Assembly: GCA_965208675.1 (NCBI GenBank)
Contig: OZ242351.1
Span: forward strand, 2,656,001 to 2,720,000
From: Candidatus Poribacteria bacterium
Lineage (GTDB): Bacteria; Poribacteria; WGA-4E; PCPOR2b
Direction of reading: 5' to 3'
DNA length: 64,000 bases
The notes under the pieces were generated by a model. That model had not been told where the DNA came from. It did not search any database and saw nothing but the letters and a program-made list of their open reading frames with translations. Positions 49,601-60,191 of the stretch are shown here, one piece after another. Within the stretch, counting starts at the first letter, position 1. Each line of letters begins with the position of its first letter. The translations under genes were made by a program, and so were the position numbers.

Positions 49601-52281
49601 TTAGCTAGTTCGCGCGCCAACTTAATCCGCTGCGCCTCTCCACCCGAAAGCGTCGGCGCGGGCTGCCCGAGCTTGATGTAATCTAAACCAACATCGTGTA
49701 GAGTCTGCAGTATTTTCGAAATTGTCGGAACATTGGAGAAGTGCTCCAAAGCCTCCTGGACATCCATCTGCAAGACCTCGGCGATGTTCTTCCCCCGGTA
49801 TTCGACCTGCAGCGTTTCATCATTATAGCGTTTCCCTTGGCAAACGTTGCACTTGACCCAAACATCGGCAAGAAAGTGCATCTCAATCCGCCGCGATCCA
49901 TTGCCTTGACAGGTTTCACACCGTCCGCCTTTAACATTAAAGCTAAATCGCCCCTGCTTATAACCGCGTATATTCGACTCGGTCATTTGGGCGTAAAGCG
50001 CTCGAATGTGATCGAAAACTTTCGTGTAGGTAGCCGGATTCGATCTCGGTGTCCGTCCGATTGGCGCCTGATCGATGTCGATGATTTTGTCAATTACGGA
50101 TTGTACGTTGCGTAATTCATGCCGGGTAGTGCAATTGGTCTCATTTCGACTTACACTCTCTTCTTTCCGCTCACTCCCTCGGTCTATTTCCTCATCGTTT
50201 TCCATCGCCCCGTTTTTTTGATGCGGCTCCTTAACGATGAGCGCTCGAATTTCTTCGTACTCCCCCGGCTGTTCATGCGCTTTCATCAAATCGCGGGCAA
50301 GTGCTTTGTATAGAATATCGGTGATGAGTGAACTCTTGCCGGAACCGCTGACGCCGGTCACACATGTAAAGGCACCTATTGGGATACGGACACTGATGTG
50401 TTTTAGGTTGTGGTGGTGCGCACCGTAAATCTCAAGCCAGTTGCCGTTAACATCGCGGCGACTTGCGGGAATCTCAATTTGCTGTTCCCCCCGCATATAT
50501 TTCGCGGTGATCGAGTTTGCATGTTCAGCGACTTCGCGGGGCGGTCCAATCCCTGCAATCTTCCCGCCTTGAATCCCCGGGCCCGGCCCGAAGTCTACTA
50601 TCATGTCCGCGGCCCACATTGTATCGGCGTCATGTTCGACAACAATCACGGTGTTACCCATATCACGTAAATGCTTCAGTGTCGAAAGTAGGTGGGCGTT
50701 ATCGCGTGGATGCAATCCGATGCTTGGTTCATCAAGTACATACAGCACGCCGCGCAGTCCGGCTCCAATTTGGCTCGCTAACCGGATCCGCTGCGATTCT
50801 CCCCCTGAGAGCGTCGGCGCCGTGCGATTCAAAGTAAGGTAATGCAGCCCGACGTTCATGAGAAACCAGAGACGCCCTTTTATTTCTTTCAGCAGGTCCG
50901 TTGCGATGAAGGCTTCGCGTTCTGACAGTTGTAGTTTGTCGAAGAATTCACGGCAGTCGCCGACCGTCATCTCAATCACATCAAATATCGATTTTTCAGC
51001 AATTGTCACAGATTTGACTTCTAGCTTGAGTCGTTTACCCTCGCAATCCGGACATACGCTAGTAACCATAAATTTTGAAAGATACCGTTTGTGCATCTCC
51101 GAATTTGTTTGAAAATACTTTCGCTCCTCAAGGGGGATGACTCCCTCGAACGGCATCTCGTACCGATGACGCCGCCGCCGGCGTGTGCGGTAAACGAAGG
51201 GGATTTTTTCTCCATCCGTGCCATAGAGGATAATTTGCTGCTGCGCGTCGGTCAACTCATTCCACGGGGTATCCAAGCTAAAACCGAAGTGCGACGCCAA
51301 ACCTAAGGCGATGTGTTGAGTGTTTAAAGCCTCAAGTTCGCCCCAAAAGACCACCGCCCCCTCTTCGATTGACTTAGTTACGTCCGGTACGACCAAATCG
51401 GGAGAGATTTCAGTTTTCGTGCCCAGCCCTTTGCACGTCGGACACATCCCTGCCGGACTGTTGAAGGAAAACTGGCGCGGCGCAGGCGGTTCATAACTGA
51501 TATTGCAGTGGACGCATGTATAGTCCTTACTATAGAGGAGGTCGCCGGCGTTAGGCTGCCCTTCAACGATGTTGACAATTAATCGTCCTTCACCCATTCG
51601 CAAGGCGGTTTCAACAGTTTCTGCAACACGGCTGCGGATATCGGGTTTGATTACGATGCGGTCAACTACAATCTCAATATCGTGGCGTTGGTTGCGATCC
51701 AACTGAATCTCGTCCATCAAGTCATAAACCTCGCCATCGATTCGGGCGCGGACAAATCCCGCCTTGAGTGCGTCGGCGAGGTCTTCACGGTATTCCCCTT
51801 TTCGTCCGCTGACGATTGGCGCAAGCACCAATATGCGCGTTTGCTCCGGCAAATTCACAATTCCATCTATTATTGCTTCTGTAGTCTGGGCCCCCACAGC
51901 GCTTCCGCATTTTAAACAGTGCTTTACACCCACACGCGCAAACAGCACGCGGAAGTAGTCGTAAATTTCAGTGATGGTGGCGACGGTTGAACGTGGGTTG
52001 TTGCCGGCAGACTTTTGGTCAATCGAGATGGACGGGGATAATCCGCCGATGAAATCGACATCGGGTTTTTCCAGTTGACCGAGAAATTGGCGGGCATAAG
52101 CGGAAAGCGATTCGATATAGCGGCGTTGCCCTTCAGCGTAGAGCGTGTCGAACGCCAACGATGACTTGCCAGAACCGCTTACGCCGGTGAAGGTGATGAG
52201 TTTGTCCTTCGGCAGCTTGAGGTTGATGTTCTTTAAGTTATGTTCGCGAGCACCGCGGATATCAATGAACTCGTCCGCCAT
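46648..52281 (-). CDS. uvrA: excinuclease ABC subunit A, double-length (two fused UvrA units)
   Basis: Four GVSGSGKSS Walker A motifs, four LSGGE signatures, two GAREHNLKN unit starts; 1877 aa. Confidence 0.97.
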   Translation of the reverse strand: MADEFIDIRGAREHNLKNINLKLPKDKLITFTGVSGSGKSSLAFDTLYAEGQRRYIESLSAYARQFLGQLEKPDVDFIGGLSPSISIDQKSAGNNPRSTVATITEIYDYFRVLFARVGVKHCLKCGSAVGAQTTEAIIDGIVNLPEQTRILVLAPIVSGRKGEYREDLADALKAGFVRARIDGEVYDLMDEIQLDRNQRHDIEIVVDRIVIKPDIRSRVAETVETALRMGEGRLIVNIVEGQPNAGDLLYSKDYTCVHCNISYEPPAPRQFSFNSPAGMCPTCKGLGTKTEISPDLVVPDVTKSIEEGAVVFWGELEALNTQHIALGLASHFGFSLDTPWNELTDAQQQIILYGTDGEKIPFVYRTRRRRRHRYEMPFEGVIPLEERKYFQTNSEMHKRYLSKFMVTSVCPDCEGKRLKLEVKSVTIAEKSIFDVIEMTVGDCREFFDKLQLSEREAFIATDLLKEIKGRLWFLMNVGLHYLTLNRTAPTLSGGESQRIRLASQIGAGLRGVLYVLDEPSIGLHPRDNAHLLSTLKHLRDMGNTVIVVEHDADTMWAADMIVDFGPGPGIQGGKIAGIGPPREVAEHANSITAKYMRGEQQIEIPASRRDVNGNWLEIYGAHHHNLKHISVRIPIGAFTCVTGVSGSGKSSLITDILYKALARDLMKAHEQPGEYEEIRALIVKEPHQKNGAMENDEEIDRGSERKEESVSRNETNCTTRHELRNVQSVIDKIIDIDQAPIGRTPRSNPATYTKVFDHIRALYAQMTESNIRGYKQGRFSFNVKGGRCETCQGNGSRRIEMHFLADVWVKCNVCQGKRYNDETLQVEYRGKNIAEVLQMDVQEALEHFSNVPTISKILQTLHDVGLDYIKLGQPAPTLSGGEAQRIKLARELAKRSTGKTLYILDEPTTGLHFDDVKKLLEVLHQLVDAGNTIVVIEHNLEVVKTADYLIDLGPEGGEEGGYVVAAGTPEEVGEVEMSYTGRALKPVLDERNNGRMYDSNHSEATYSNPSRLPAESSSEIHESDEIYLTESAVKPENLRYISVRGAREHNLKNVDAEIPHRKLTTFTGVSGSGKSSLALDTIYAEGQRRYVESLSTYARQFLGQLDKPKFEKIEGLSPAIAIEQKAPSNNPRSTVGTVTEIYDYLRVLYARIGIPHCPQCRREVGAQSVQQIVEKIMTLPAGTRLYVLFPLSLRSNEDYPDAFRRAQRDGYVRVEIDGEIYNIDQAPQIGKSIKHDVKIVVDRLAIEPDARSRLAEAVETATRESGGVVAIREMDERDKKGSQRAKRRRVGHHIFSEHFACVPCGLSFPELTPRHFSFNSPLGQCKRCEGIGSIIWRAGAVCKECEGTRIEPLARFVTVNGKTIAEVTAMLIRDSIEFFLSLNLPPHQEKIARDLLREIQNRLQFLADIGLHYLTLSRPAPSLSGGEMQRIRLASQLGSGLTGVMYILDEPTIGLHQKDNERLLNALKRLRDLGNSVLVIEHDSETMLTSDHILDFGPNAGKLGGEIVAVGSPTEIQGNEKSITGRYLVGAQKIEIPTERRAGKGERLELFNVRINNLNGIDVKIPLGTLTCVTGVSGSGKSSLVEETLYPALAGSLNRTQIAKAGKFKQIRGMDFLDKVIHIDQQPIGETPRSNPATYTDLFTKIRYLFADLPDAKIRGFGTRRFSFNQKSGQCETCHGHGYNKIEMHFLADVWVKCETCGGTGYNSETLQVRYKGKNVAEILAMTVKEALDHFYNVPSIRKGLQMLYDVGLDYIELGQSATTLSGGESQRVKLARELAKRSTGRTIYIMDEPTTGLHFDDVQKLLVVLNRLVDKGNTIIVIEHNLDVIKCADWVIDLGPDGGDEGGEVVAMGTPEDVAAVPPSHTGRFLHKVLFG

Positions 52282-52682
52282 GAGTCTCCTTATGTGGCGC
52301 CATGACAGGCTAACGTAATCCTAAGTAACGCAAGGACGGCGGGCGAGATTTGCTATTTCGCCTCACCTGTCGATTCTGCTTCGTTGTGTCTTTAGTCCTT
52401 AATTTGCTGATTTTCCGTGGAGTTCAGGAGGGAAACACTATCCTTCACCAAAGTTTCCTATTTTACAACCAACAAATAATCGGCAAATCCGACTCACAAA
52501 ATCTAGAATATCCAAGTCCGATTTTACCACAGATTGTGGGTGCAAGCAATGCCTATTTCGCGTAAAGCAAAGCCATCTTTGATTGCCTTACACCCGTCCT
52601 CAATCGGGTCCTATTACAGCAAATATAGCGCGCAAACGTTGTGCAGTCAATGGTAGGTGTTGGAAGACGTTGATGATTTCTG

Positions 52683-52711
52683 TTGACGGAGCGAAGAAAA
52701 CTCAGTAGAAT
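52683..52711 (+). promoter_or_regulatory. sigma70-like promoter
   Basis: TTGACG-17 nt-TAGAAT. Confidence 0.55.
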
Positions 52712-52788
52712 GGTTTTTGTATCAATCATGAGCGACAGAAGGTATCGACTGGCGTAGACGGTGCAGCGAGTCAGAAGGAGTTGTCGGG

Positions 52789-54216
52789 ATGAAAAAAATA
52801 TACGAACCGCTTGCTGATTTCAAGACCGCGGACTTGCCCGAGAAAACCATGCCGTTTTGGAAGATTGCTGGACCAGGGGCTATTTTGGTCGGGCTCTCCA
52901 TCGGAGCAGGCGAGATTGTGATTTGGCCGCGCATTGCAGCGGAGTACGGCGGCAGTATGGTCTGGGCGGCTGTCCTAGGCGTGTTTCTGCAACTATGGAT
53001 TAACTTCGAAGTGGGACGCTGGACAGTTGCTACGGGTGAAACGGTCTACACCGGTTACTGCCGCGTGTGGCGCGGGTTTGCGCCGCTGTTCATCCTCATC
53101 ACCGTGCTAAGCTGGATAGCGCCCGGCTGGGCGAGGGTTTCCGGATTAGCGCTCAAAGCCCTGCTGGTCGGACCTGGTGGTTGGGGAACCGACACATTCT
53201 GGACCGTCGTCACCTTTGGCACCGTCGCTCTACTCCTTTTTGGCCCCAAGATGATTTATCACTCGGTTGAGCGAACTATTGAGTTGCTCGTCATCATCGT
53301 CACGGTGGGGCTCATCGTAGTCGCCGTCGCTGTCGGTTCGGCAAATACGTGGAAAGAGCTGGGTGCAGGCATTCTGAATGTTGGCTACAAAGCACCAAAC
53401 ATGACGGTGAAAGCCATGTTCATCGCAATCGTTTTTGCGGGCGCCGGTGGTACGGCGAACCTCTTCTACACCTTCTATCTTCGAGATAAGAATATCGGCA
53501 TGGGTGCGCGCCTTCCGCAGTTGCAAAACCCGCTTCGGGGCAGGACCGAGACCGTTCCATCCACGGGATTTGTCTTCGAGGACACAACGCAGAATCGTGA
53601 TCGGTTCAAGGCGTGGTGGAGTTATATCAAGAAAGATCAGCTAATTTTCTTCTGGGCGTTGAACACCGTCACCATCTTACTCTTCATCTTCGGTGCACTC
53701 GCCGTTTTGCATCCTCAAGGGATCGTACCCGCGAAGGGAACCCTCATCTGGGACGAAGCACGGGTGCTGGGCGAAGTGTGGGGCAGCCCCGGGCGCGTAA
53801 TCTTTCTGATCGTCGGCGTGGCAACCCTCTTTGGAACGCAGCTCGCCCTGGTTGATGGGGTCTCGCGGTCGATTGCCGACATTGTATACACAAATTTCAA
53901 GGGTGCTCAGAAACGTGAGTTGAGTTGGTGGTACTTGCTTGTGGCGGGCACGTGGATCGTCGCCGGCTGTTTGATAACCTTCGTAATGGAGCAGAAGGGT
54001 GTCAGCGAACTCGGCTTTCTCTTCAACGCAGCTTACATGGGCGGGTTCGCCATGGCAATCTATGTGCCGCTCACGCTCTATATCAATCACCGGTTCTTGC
54101 CGAAGGCTGCCAAGCCGAAAAGTATCTCAACCGTGATTATGGTTCTCGCCTCGCTTGTCTACATTGGATTTGCAATTTCATGTGTCGTCTGGGAAATTGG
54201 ACGGTTGATTGGGTAA
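52789..54216 (+). CDS. Nramp-like/APC-superfamily membrane transporter
   Basis: GPGAILVGLSIGAGE..WP, EVGRWTVATGET, about 11 hydrophobic helices. Confidence 0.8.
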   Translation: MKKIYEPLADFKTADLPEKTMPFWKIAGPGAILVGLSIGAGEIVIWPRIAAEYGGSMVWAAVLGVFLQLWINFEVGRWTVATGETVYTGYCRVWRGFAPLFILITVLSWIAPGWARVSGLALKALLVGPGGWGTDTFWTVVTFGTVALLLFGPKMIYHSVERTIELLVIIVTVGLIVVAVAVGSANTWKELGAGILNVGYKAPNMTVKAMFIAIVFAGAGGTANLFYTFYLRDKNIGMGARLPQLQNPLRGRTETVPSTGFVFEDTTQNRDRFKAWWSYIKKDQLIFFWALNTVTILLFIFGALAVLHPQGIVPAKGTLIWDEARVLGEVWGSPGRVIFLIVGVATLFGTQLALVDGVSRSIADIVYTNFKGAQKRELSWWYLLVAGTWIVAGCLITFVMEQKGVSELGFLFNAAYMGGFAMAIYVPLTLYINHRFLPKAAKPKSISTVIMVLASLVYIGFAISCVVWEIGRLIG

Positions 54217-54363
54217 TGGTAGAGGCGTCGATGACAAGTAAAACCTTGAAATTAAGTTGATTGGGAAGGCGTACGATGAGTATGAGTAGAGAAGATTGCT
54301 TTATCAGTGCGCCACCCGGCAACTGAATTGCCAAAGCCGCAACGCCCACTATGCCGCCACAGT

Positions 54364-55953
54364 ATGAAGTTCCGACATTTACTATCGATTCTCCTAATCT
54401 CGTCCTTACGAACCGCCGCAAGTTTCGCTGACCGCGGCGATGAAATCCTTCCCTTAGTCCAGTCAGAAAACCTGAAAGCGCACATCATTGCGTTGCAGGA
54501 AAACGTACAGCAGACGCCAACTCCTGCATCGGAAAACCTCCCACCCTCGGATGCATCGGCAAACAACCCTGTAGCCTACCGCACGCGAAGTTCCTATCAT
54601 CGAGACGCTGCGGATAATGCAGCGCGGTACATTGTAAACCAGTTTCGCCGCTCGCCGCGATTGGAAGTCGAAATAGAAGAATTCAGCGGGTTGAAAAACG
54701 TCGTTGCTAGGCTGCCTGCTCAGAACGGTTCAAAAAGCGATCGAATCTTCGTTCTCTGCGCCCACTACGACAGCATAGGCGATCGAGATTACGCGGGTTG
54801 GAATCCATTGATTTCAGACGCGCCCGGCGCGAACGATAACGCGACTGGCGTCGCCGCGATGCTTGAGATTGCCCATCTGTTAAGCCGGTATAATTACGAT
54901 CACGAGTTGCGGTTCATCGCACTTGACGGTGGAGAAATCGGACGACAGGGGAGTCTGCATCACGCCAAAAAGGCAGCACAGGCAGGCGAAAACATTGTCC
55001 TTGCCATCAATATCGACATGATCGGCTTCAACTGGATAACGGATCTCGTCGAAGTGCTCGCGAATGATTCGGACGACTACTCCGCCTGGATTGGCGAGAT
55101 GGCGTTGATAGCAAATGAATGGTACGATATTGGATTGGAGATTCTACCAATTCGTGATGGGTCGCTCAGCGCCGGCGATCACAGCCCGTTTTGGAATGAA
55201 GGCTATCGGGCGGTCACTTTCACTGAAAGCACAACGCCGCGGCAAGATTCGCTTGGCTATGAAGCGAATTCCTTTTATCATACCTTTCGCGACACGGTTG
55301 AAAAGGTCAACTTGCAATTGGTTCGTAAAGTAACTCAACTTGCGCTCGTTATGCTGAATGGCCTGGCAAGCCAATCACTTCAAAGTGCCTCCATTGCTAG
55401 CGTTACAATCGATCCCATCCCCGCCGCGAACCTTAATCCGGTCAATATCACGGGTCGGTTCGAGTCCACGTATCCGGTCGAAATTGTCTTGAGTCCAGGC
55501 AATGTCCTCGCTAACCTAGACCGAATTAATCGCACTTATCAGGCGGAAGTAACGTTGCAACCGGGGGAAAATCTCGTGCGTGCAACGGTTGTGTATCCAC
55601 TTGGTGCAAGTTCCGTTGAACGCACTATCCTGTTTGAACCTGATTTTGAATGGATAAGCGCGGCGGTATTTCCCAATCCCGCTCGATTGACGGATGAATT
55701 GACTCAATTACGAGGCGAAAGCAATTTACCAATGGAGGCGTTGAATTTTTTTATCTATGCGTCTGACGGGTCGTTGGTGAAACAGAAGACGGGCGTGCCG
55801 GATGGATCTGACCCGCGCATTTGGCGAGCCTGGTGGAATCACCAGAATGCATCGGGGCGGGAGGTCGCTACAGGCATATACGTGTGTAAATTTGAGGCGT
55901 CAGTTAAAGGCGAGACGTATTCGCGAATCAAAAAGCTGGCAATCGTTCGGTAA
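54364..55953 (+). CDS. secreted M28-family metallopeptidase with FlgD-Ig-like C-terminal domain
   Basis: CAHYDS, PGANDNATG, GGEIG (usually GEE), NIDMIG, DHSPF, YHT..D; C-terminal FPNP...W...GREVATGIY...KLAIVR. Confidence 0.82.
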   Translation: MKFRHLLSILLISSLRTAASFADRGDEILPLVQSENLKAHIIALQENVQQTPTPASENLPPSDASANNPVAYRTRSSYHRDAADNAARYIVNQFRRSPRLEVEIEEFSGLKNVVARLPAQNGSKSDRIFVLCAHYDSIGDRDYAGWNPLISDAPGANDNATGVAAMLEIAHLLSRYNYDHELRFIALDGGEIGRQGSLHHAKKAAQAGENIVLAINIDMIGFNWITDLVEVLANDSDDYSAWIGEMALIANEWYDIGLEILPIRDGSLSAGDHSPFWNEGYRAVTFTESTTPRQDSLGYEANSFYHTFRDTVEKVNLQLVRKVTQLALVMLNGLASQSLQSASIASVTIDPIPAANLNPVNITGRFESTYPVEIVLSPGNVLANLDRINRTYQAEVTLQPGENLVRATVVYPLGASSVERTILFEPDFEWISAAVFPNPARLTDELTQLRGESNLPMEALNFFIYASDGSLVKQKTGVPDGSDPRIWRAWWNHQNASGREVATGIYVCKFEASVKGETYSRIKKLAIVR

Positions 55954-56144
55954 CGGACAGAAAATTCGCGAGAAAACAGTTGTGACAGCGGAACGATTCT
56001 GAAGCATCGCTAAAGAAACATGGACAAAACGATGTCGTCTGTGCTATTATTTTAGGAATGCTAACGGTAACGATTCCCCTAGCCGAATCCATAACGCGAC
56101 TCGACCATCTTATACATAATGACATTGAAAGGAGGTGACAAAAA

Positions 56145-56441
56145 TTGCCTCAAAGAGAAGGAAAGCAGACCGATTTCAGGAGGAAGTCTGCACTGAAACA
56201 CCTTCGCGCTGATCCGAAGAAGCGTGAGCGGAACTTTAGACAGAAATCCGCTATGCGGACGATGGTGAAGAAGACCGAAGCCGTGATTGAAGAAAAGGAT
56301 TTAGATCAAGCACAGGAACTATATCGACAAGCCGCCAGCCACCTTGACAGAGCAGCACAGAAGGGCGTTATCAAAAAAGGTATGGCGAATCGGAAAAAAT
56401 CTCGTCTTGCTCGCAGAATAAACAGCATGGCCGCGGCTTAG
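56145..56441 (+). CDS. rpsT: 30S ribosomal protein S20
   Basis: KSALKH.R...RN...KSAMRT..KK...LDRAAQKGVIKK..ANRKKSRL; RBS AGGAGG. Confidence 0.93.
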   Translation: MPQREGKQTDFRRKSALKHLRADPKKRERNFRQKSAMRTMVKKTEAVIEEKDLDQAQELYRQAASHLDRAAQKGVIKKGMANRKKSRLARRINSMAAA

Positions 56442-56629
56442 TGCATGAGTTTATAGTGCCGTTATCGAATTGACTCTCCTAACCGCGTTGTAGGTCGTTG
56501 GAACTCGAGTAAGAACTGTGGGAGGCTGTTCCTCACGGAAAATCTAGGACAGGTATAGCGACTACTCGTATGCTTTTCGCCTAAGTGTGGATGAAATTAC
56601 TATCGGTGTTGCAGCGCCTCGTACCAAGT

Positions 56630-57970
56630 TTAGCGCGAAAGCACCTCTCCTTGAATAAACTCACCGTCTAACGCCAACAACTTCACCGGCAAAATTTGGT
56701 TAATCGCAGAATCTGGACAATTCAATAAAACGCGCAAGTAATTCCCCGTAAACCCCGCTAACTGTCGATCTTCCCCTTCCCGGCTATCCTCGACTAACAC
56801 ATCCATGGCCTTGCCCAACATCCGACACCGGAATTGGTCTCGGAGTTTCTTTCCAAGTGCAATCATCGCCTTGCTTCGCTCCGCCGATATGTGCGGCGGT
56901 ATCTGATCGGGATACTCGGCTGCTGCTGTGCCTTGCCGAGGAGAATATCGAAACACGTGCAACTGGCTGAATCCCATCTCCTCGACGAATTGGAGCGAAT
57001 CGTCAAAATTCGCATCGGTCTCCCCAGGGAAACCGACCATGACATCGGTGGTCACGGCGACGCTCGGGAAAGCCAGCCGCAACTTTTCCACTAGGCGCCC
57101 ATATTCATCCGTTGAGTACTGCCGGCGCATGCGGCGCAGAATTGTGTCGCTGCCCGACTGCAGCGGCAGATGGAAATGCGGCATGCACTTTGGCAAGTCC
57201 GCCAGCCTATCTATGAGGTCCTCAGGGAAATTCATTGGCTCAATCGAACTAAAGCGGATGCGTTCAATCCCTTCAATAGGATGCACCCCCTCCAGAACAT
57301 CGGCGAACGTTGAATTTCTCCGGATATCCTTCCCGTAAGTTCCCATGTGCACGCCTGTGATAACGACCTCCTTGTATCCATTTGCGGCAATCTGCTCTGT
57401 TTCTTTCACGATATGCGCTATAGGGCGGCTGGTCATGCGTCCGCGGACATAAGGGATGATACAGTAGGTACAGAAGGCGCTGCACCCATCTTGAATCTTT
57501 ATGAGCGCACGCGTGCGTTCGGTCAAACCGCTCACGCCCATGTGATTAAATCGGGCATGTTCACGGATCGGGTCATGCTGCACCGGTTTTATTTGTAAGA
57601 GCGGTGAATCATCTTCAGCCGCGTCATCGCCGTGAATTTCATTAAGATACGCTTGAAGATTGGCTTTTTCGCGGTTTCCGAAAACGAACGATACACCGGG
57701 AATCTTTTCGATTTCCCTCTGGCCGCTTTCCGCGTAGCACCCCGTAACGAGCACCTTGGCGTTTGGGTTCTTTCGGATGGCGCGGCGAATAGCCTGACGC
57801 GCTTTTTGGTCAGCAACATGCGTCACGGTGCAGGTGTTGAAGAAGTAAATGTCCGCAGATTCATCCTCATCAACGACGGTGTAACCGTTTCGCCGCACGG
57901 TTTCCTGCATTGACTGCGTATCATATTGGTTGACCTTGCACCCGAAGGTGATGAGCGCTGCTGTAGGCAT
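56630..57970 (-). CDS. mtaB: tRNA t6A37 methylthiotransferase (radical SAM)
   Basis: TFGCKVNQYD, NTCTVT, KIQDGCSAFCTYCIIP, SSIEP, HLPLQSG, YSPRQGT, TGNY. Confidence 0.93.
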   Translation of the reverse strand: MPTAALITFGCKVNQYDTQSMQETVRRNGYTVVDEDESADIYFFNTCTVTHVADQKARQAIRRAIRKNPNAKVLVTGCYAESGQREIEKIPGVSFVFGNREKANLQAYLNEIHGDDAAEDDSPLLQIKPVQHDPIREHARFNHMGVSGLTERTRALIKIQDGCSAFCTYCIIPYVRGRMTSRPIAHIVKETEQIAANGYKEVVITGVHMGTYGKDIRRNSTFADVLEGVHPIEGIERIRFSSIEPMNFPEDLIDRLADLPKCMPHFHLPLQSGSDTILRRMRRQYSTDEYGRLVEKLRLAFPSVAVTTDVMVGFPGETDANFDDSLQFVEEMGFSQLHVFRYSPRQGTAAAEYPDQIPPHISAERSKAMIALGKKLRDQFRCRMLGKAMDVLVEDSREGEDRQLAGFTGNYLRVLLNCPDSAINQILPVKLLALDGEFIQGEVLSR

Positions 57971-57999
57971 TTTTTTTCCAACTCTCTCTGCCAGTTACA

Positions 58000-58031
58000 G
58001 AAACCGAGTTTTCAAGAAAAAACTCGGTTTC
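58000..58031. repeat. GAAACCGAGTTT-type inverted repeat/hairpin
   Basis: GAAACCGAGTTTTC-AA-GAAAAAACTCGGTTTT; related sequence at 17020-17080. Confidence 0.55.
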
Positions 58032-58079
58032 AAGTCACATTGTTCTTGACCATTGCAAGATTTTCGAATTCCTCATCAA

Positions 58080-58673
58080 TTACTCAAGCCGCTGAAAAAC
58101 ATAATCTGTGTCCTGGACACCCGAATGACAGCTTTCGCAGAGCTTGCCTTTTGCGAGCACCGTGAACGCTGCGTCCCCTTCTCGGCGCGAGTATTCGATG
58201 AACGTCCAGTCGTTTGCTCCAGGATTACTTCCCGCCTCTTTCGTCATGAGCGCAAATATTCCGATGAAGTCTTGGTCGGATCGGTAAACTGGTTTAACAA
58301 TGATACTTCCGTCCGGATAAGGAAACTTCTGCTCTCCGTCCGGTGCGAGGGCTTCACGTTCCTGATTGATAAGAATATCCTTCGTGCCGAAGTGTGCGGG
58401 CGAGCCGCCTACAATCGGTTCCGCGTTCATCTTGAGCCAAGTCTCAAATCCGGCGGTGTAGTCAGGCAGCCCGGGAAGCGCTTCCGGTTGTTCCACCATC
58501 ATGCCGTCTGGCTCTTTATCCCCGTCCTCAGGTTGCATCTCGCCGTCTGTCATGGGAGACACCGGTTCTCCCTCATCGCCGCACGAAAGTAAAACCGATG
58601 ATCCAATTAGAATCAGCGCAAGTAAGATATTCATCCGATAGTTATTTTGCCGTATTATGATATCCGCCTCCAT
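58080..58673 (-). CDS. cytochrome P460-family lipoprotein
   Basis: Lipobox LLSC; YPDGSIIVK, MTK...NDWTFIEY, C-terminal CESCH...DYVF. Confidence 0.8.
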   Translation of the reverse strand: MEADIIIRQNNYRMNILLALILIGSSVLLSCGDEGEPVSPMTDGEMQPEDGDKEPDGMMVEQPEALPGLPDYTAGFETWLKMNAEPIVGGSPAHFGTKDILINQEREALAPDGEQKFPYPDGSIIVKPVYRSDQDFIGIFALMTKEAGSNPGANDWTFIEYSRREGDAAFTVLAKGKLCESCHSGVQDTDYVFQRLE

Positions 58674-59030
58674 TTCGTTGTTTGGTTATTGAACCGCTCC
58701 ATGGCGCCGCATGCGAACACCGCAACCGCGCTGTACGGAACCACATGCAGCCACGGGATTAGAACATTGTTGTTTACCGCAGCGGCCCGTCAATCTGTCA
58801 ATTGTAATTTGAGCCGCCTTTTTTGTCAATTAAAATTCCACAGTTGCCGTCAACGGGTGAAGGGATTTTATCCTTGACACCGCCGTGCACGTTTGCCAAA
58901 ATTGACTACGGATGGTATGCAGAAAAAGCGGTTGAACGTGTCCGGCACGATGAAGGATTCACCGCCATTCTGCGGCAAGGGCGTAGACGTTCCCTACGTT
59001 GCGGCAGTATTTGAATGAGGCTAAACGCAT

Positions 59031-59636
59031 ATGGCAAAATCTGACGATTCAAAGGCACACACCAGACGATCCTTTTTTCGGGAGGCGTTGTCTAGGCTTG
59101 CGCAGCCGGTCGCAGAGTACGTGGATTCACAGATTGGCGCATATATTCCCGTCGAAACAACGTTGTTGCGTCCGCCAGGGGCGATTATTGAAGATGAGTT
59201 TTTGGATACGTGTGTGCGCAGCGGAGCCTGTGTAAACAGTTGTCCGGCTCGTGCAATCCAGCCTATCAATTCACGCGACCCCGATCGGGCGGGAACCCCG
59301 TTCATCGATCCGGACTATCAACCGTGCGTGGTCTGCGAGACGCTCGAATGCATGAACGTATGCCCGAGCGGGGCGCTGCAAAAGCTGACGGTCAATGAGA
59401 TTCAGATTGGGTTAGCGATCGTCAATTATGATACATGCCTTCGAACACAAGCAATCGGCTGCCGCGACTGCGTCGACAGTTGCCCAATCGGTGAGAGCGC
59501 GATAAGGATAGACGCACATAACCGGGTTGAGGTCATGTCGCCGGGCTGCGTCGGGTGCGGGGTCTGCCAGTATCACTGTCCAACCTCGCCAAAATCAATT
59601 CGCGTTGAACCGGTAAAGGCGGTGGAGAGTGGTTAG
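59031..59636 (+). CDS. MauM/NapG-family 4Fe-4S ferredoxin-type protein
   Basis: TRRSFF, LRPPGA, CVRSGACVNSCP, CxxCxxxxCxxxCP, CVGCGVCQYHCP. Confidence 0.88.
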   Translation: MAKSDDSKAHTRRSFFREALSRLAQPVAEYVDSQIGAYIPVETTLLRPPGAIIEDEFLDTCVRSGACVNSCPARAIQPINSRDPDRAGTPFIDPDYQPCVVCETLECMNVCPSGALQKLTVNEIQIGLAIVNYDTCLRTQAIGCRDCVDSCPIGESAIRIDAHNRVEVMSPGCVGCGVCQYHCPTSPKSIRVEPVKAVESG

Positions 59637-59656
59637 TGGAGAGTTAAAAAAGCCTT

Positions 59657-59797
59657 TGTAGGTTGGGTTGAGCGGAATTGACGAACCAACGCATATGTGC
59701 CGCATGCGCTGCGAGTCTTGATTGCACTCAAAATTCGAATTGATGAAGCGTAACCCAACGTTTTTTAACTTTCGAACGATAGAAAAGCGTTGGGTTT
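59657..59797. repeat. REP doublet (right arm truncated) with a 73-nt loop insert
   Basis: TGTAGGTTGGGTTGAGCG-[73]-GCGTAACCCAACG...CGTTGGGTTT. Confidence 0.85.
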
Positions 59798-59842
59798 AGG
59801 AAATGCTTTCGCGTTCTAAAACCGGATTTCACTATCATCGGA

Positions 59843-60142
59843 ATGCTGTTGTCGCCGGTAACGGCGCAAAAGGCGTTTGAAACGATACAGTGTTCTAAGT
59901 TAGAGGTCCTTGATGCGGAAGGAACAGCGCGAGTGACAATCTCCACGGACGATCAGGGCGGGGTTGTCACGGCGTACGGAAAGGAGGGACATTCGGAGGC
60001 ATCTTTCCGCGCCGAAGAAGATGGCGGGCGCGTTGCTTTCGTCGGTAAAGACGGCCAAACGAGGGCGTTTCTCTTCACCGACCCACATACCGGGCGTATC
60101 GGGACGATTGATAAGTTTGGCGGTTATACAATCCGACAATAA
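59843..60142 (+). CDS. hypothetical protein, paralog of 42625-42942, probably 5'-truncated
   Basis: SPVTAQKAFETIQCSKLEVLD vs SPVAAKKFDTIQCSRLDIVD; both end in a DKFG motif. Confidence 0.55.
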   Translation: MLLSPVTAQKAFETIQCSKLEVLDAEGTARVTISTDDQGGVVTAYGKEGHSEASFRAEEDGGRVAFVGKDGQTRAFLFTDPHTGRIGTIDKFGGYTIRQ

Positions 60143-60191
60143 TCTGATTGTAAAGCCAGAAACAGACTATTCGGACAGCCTATTGATAGGC

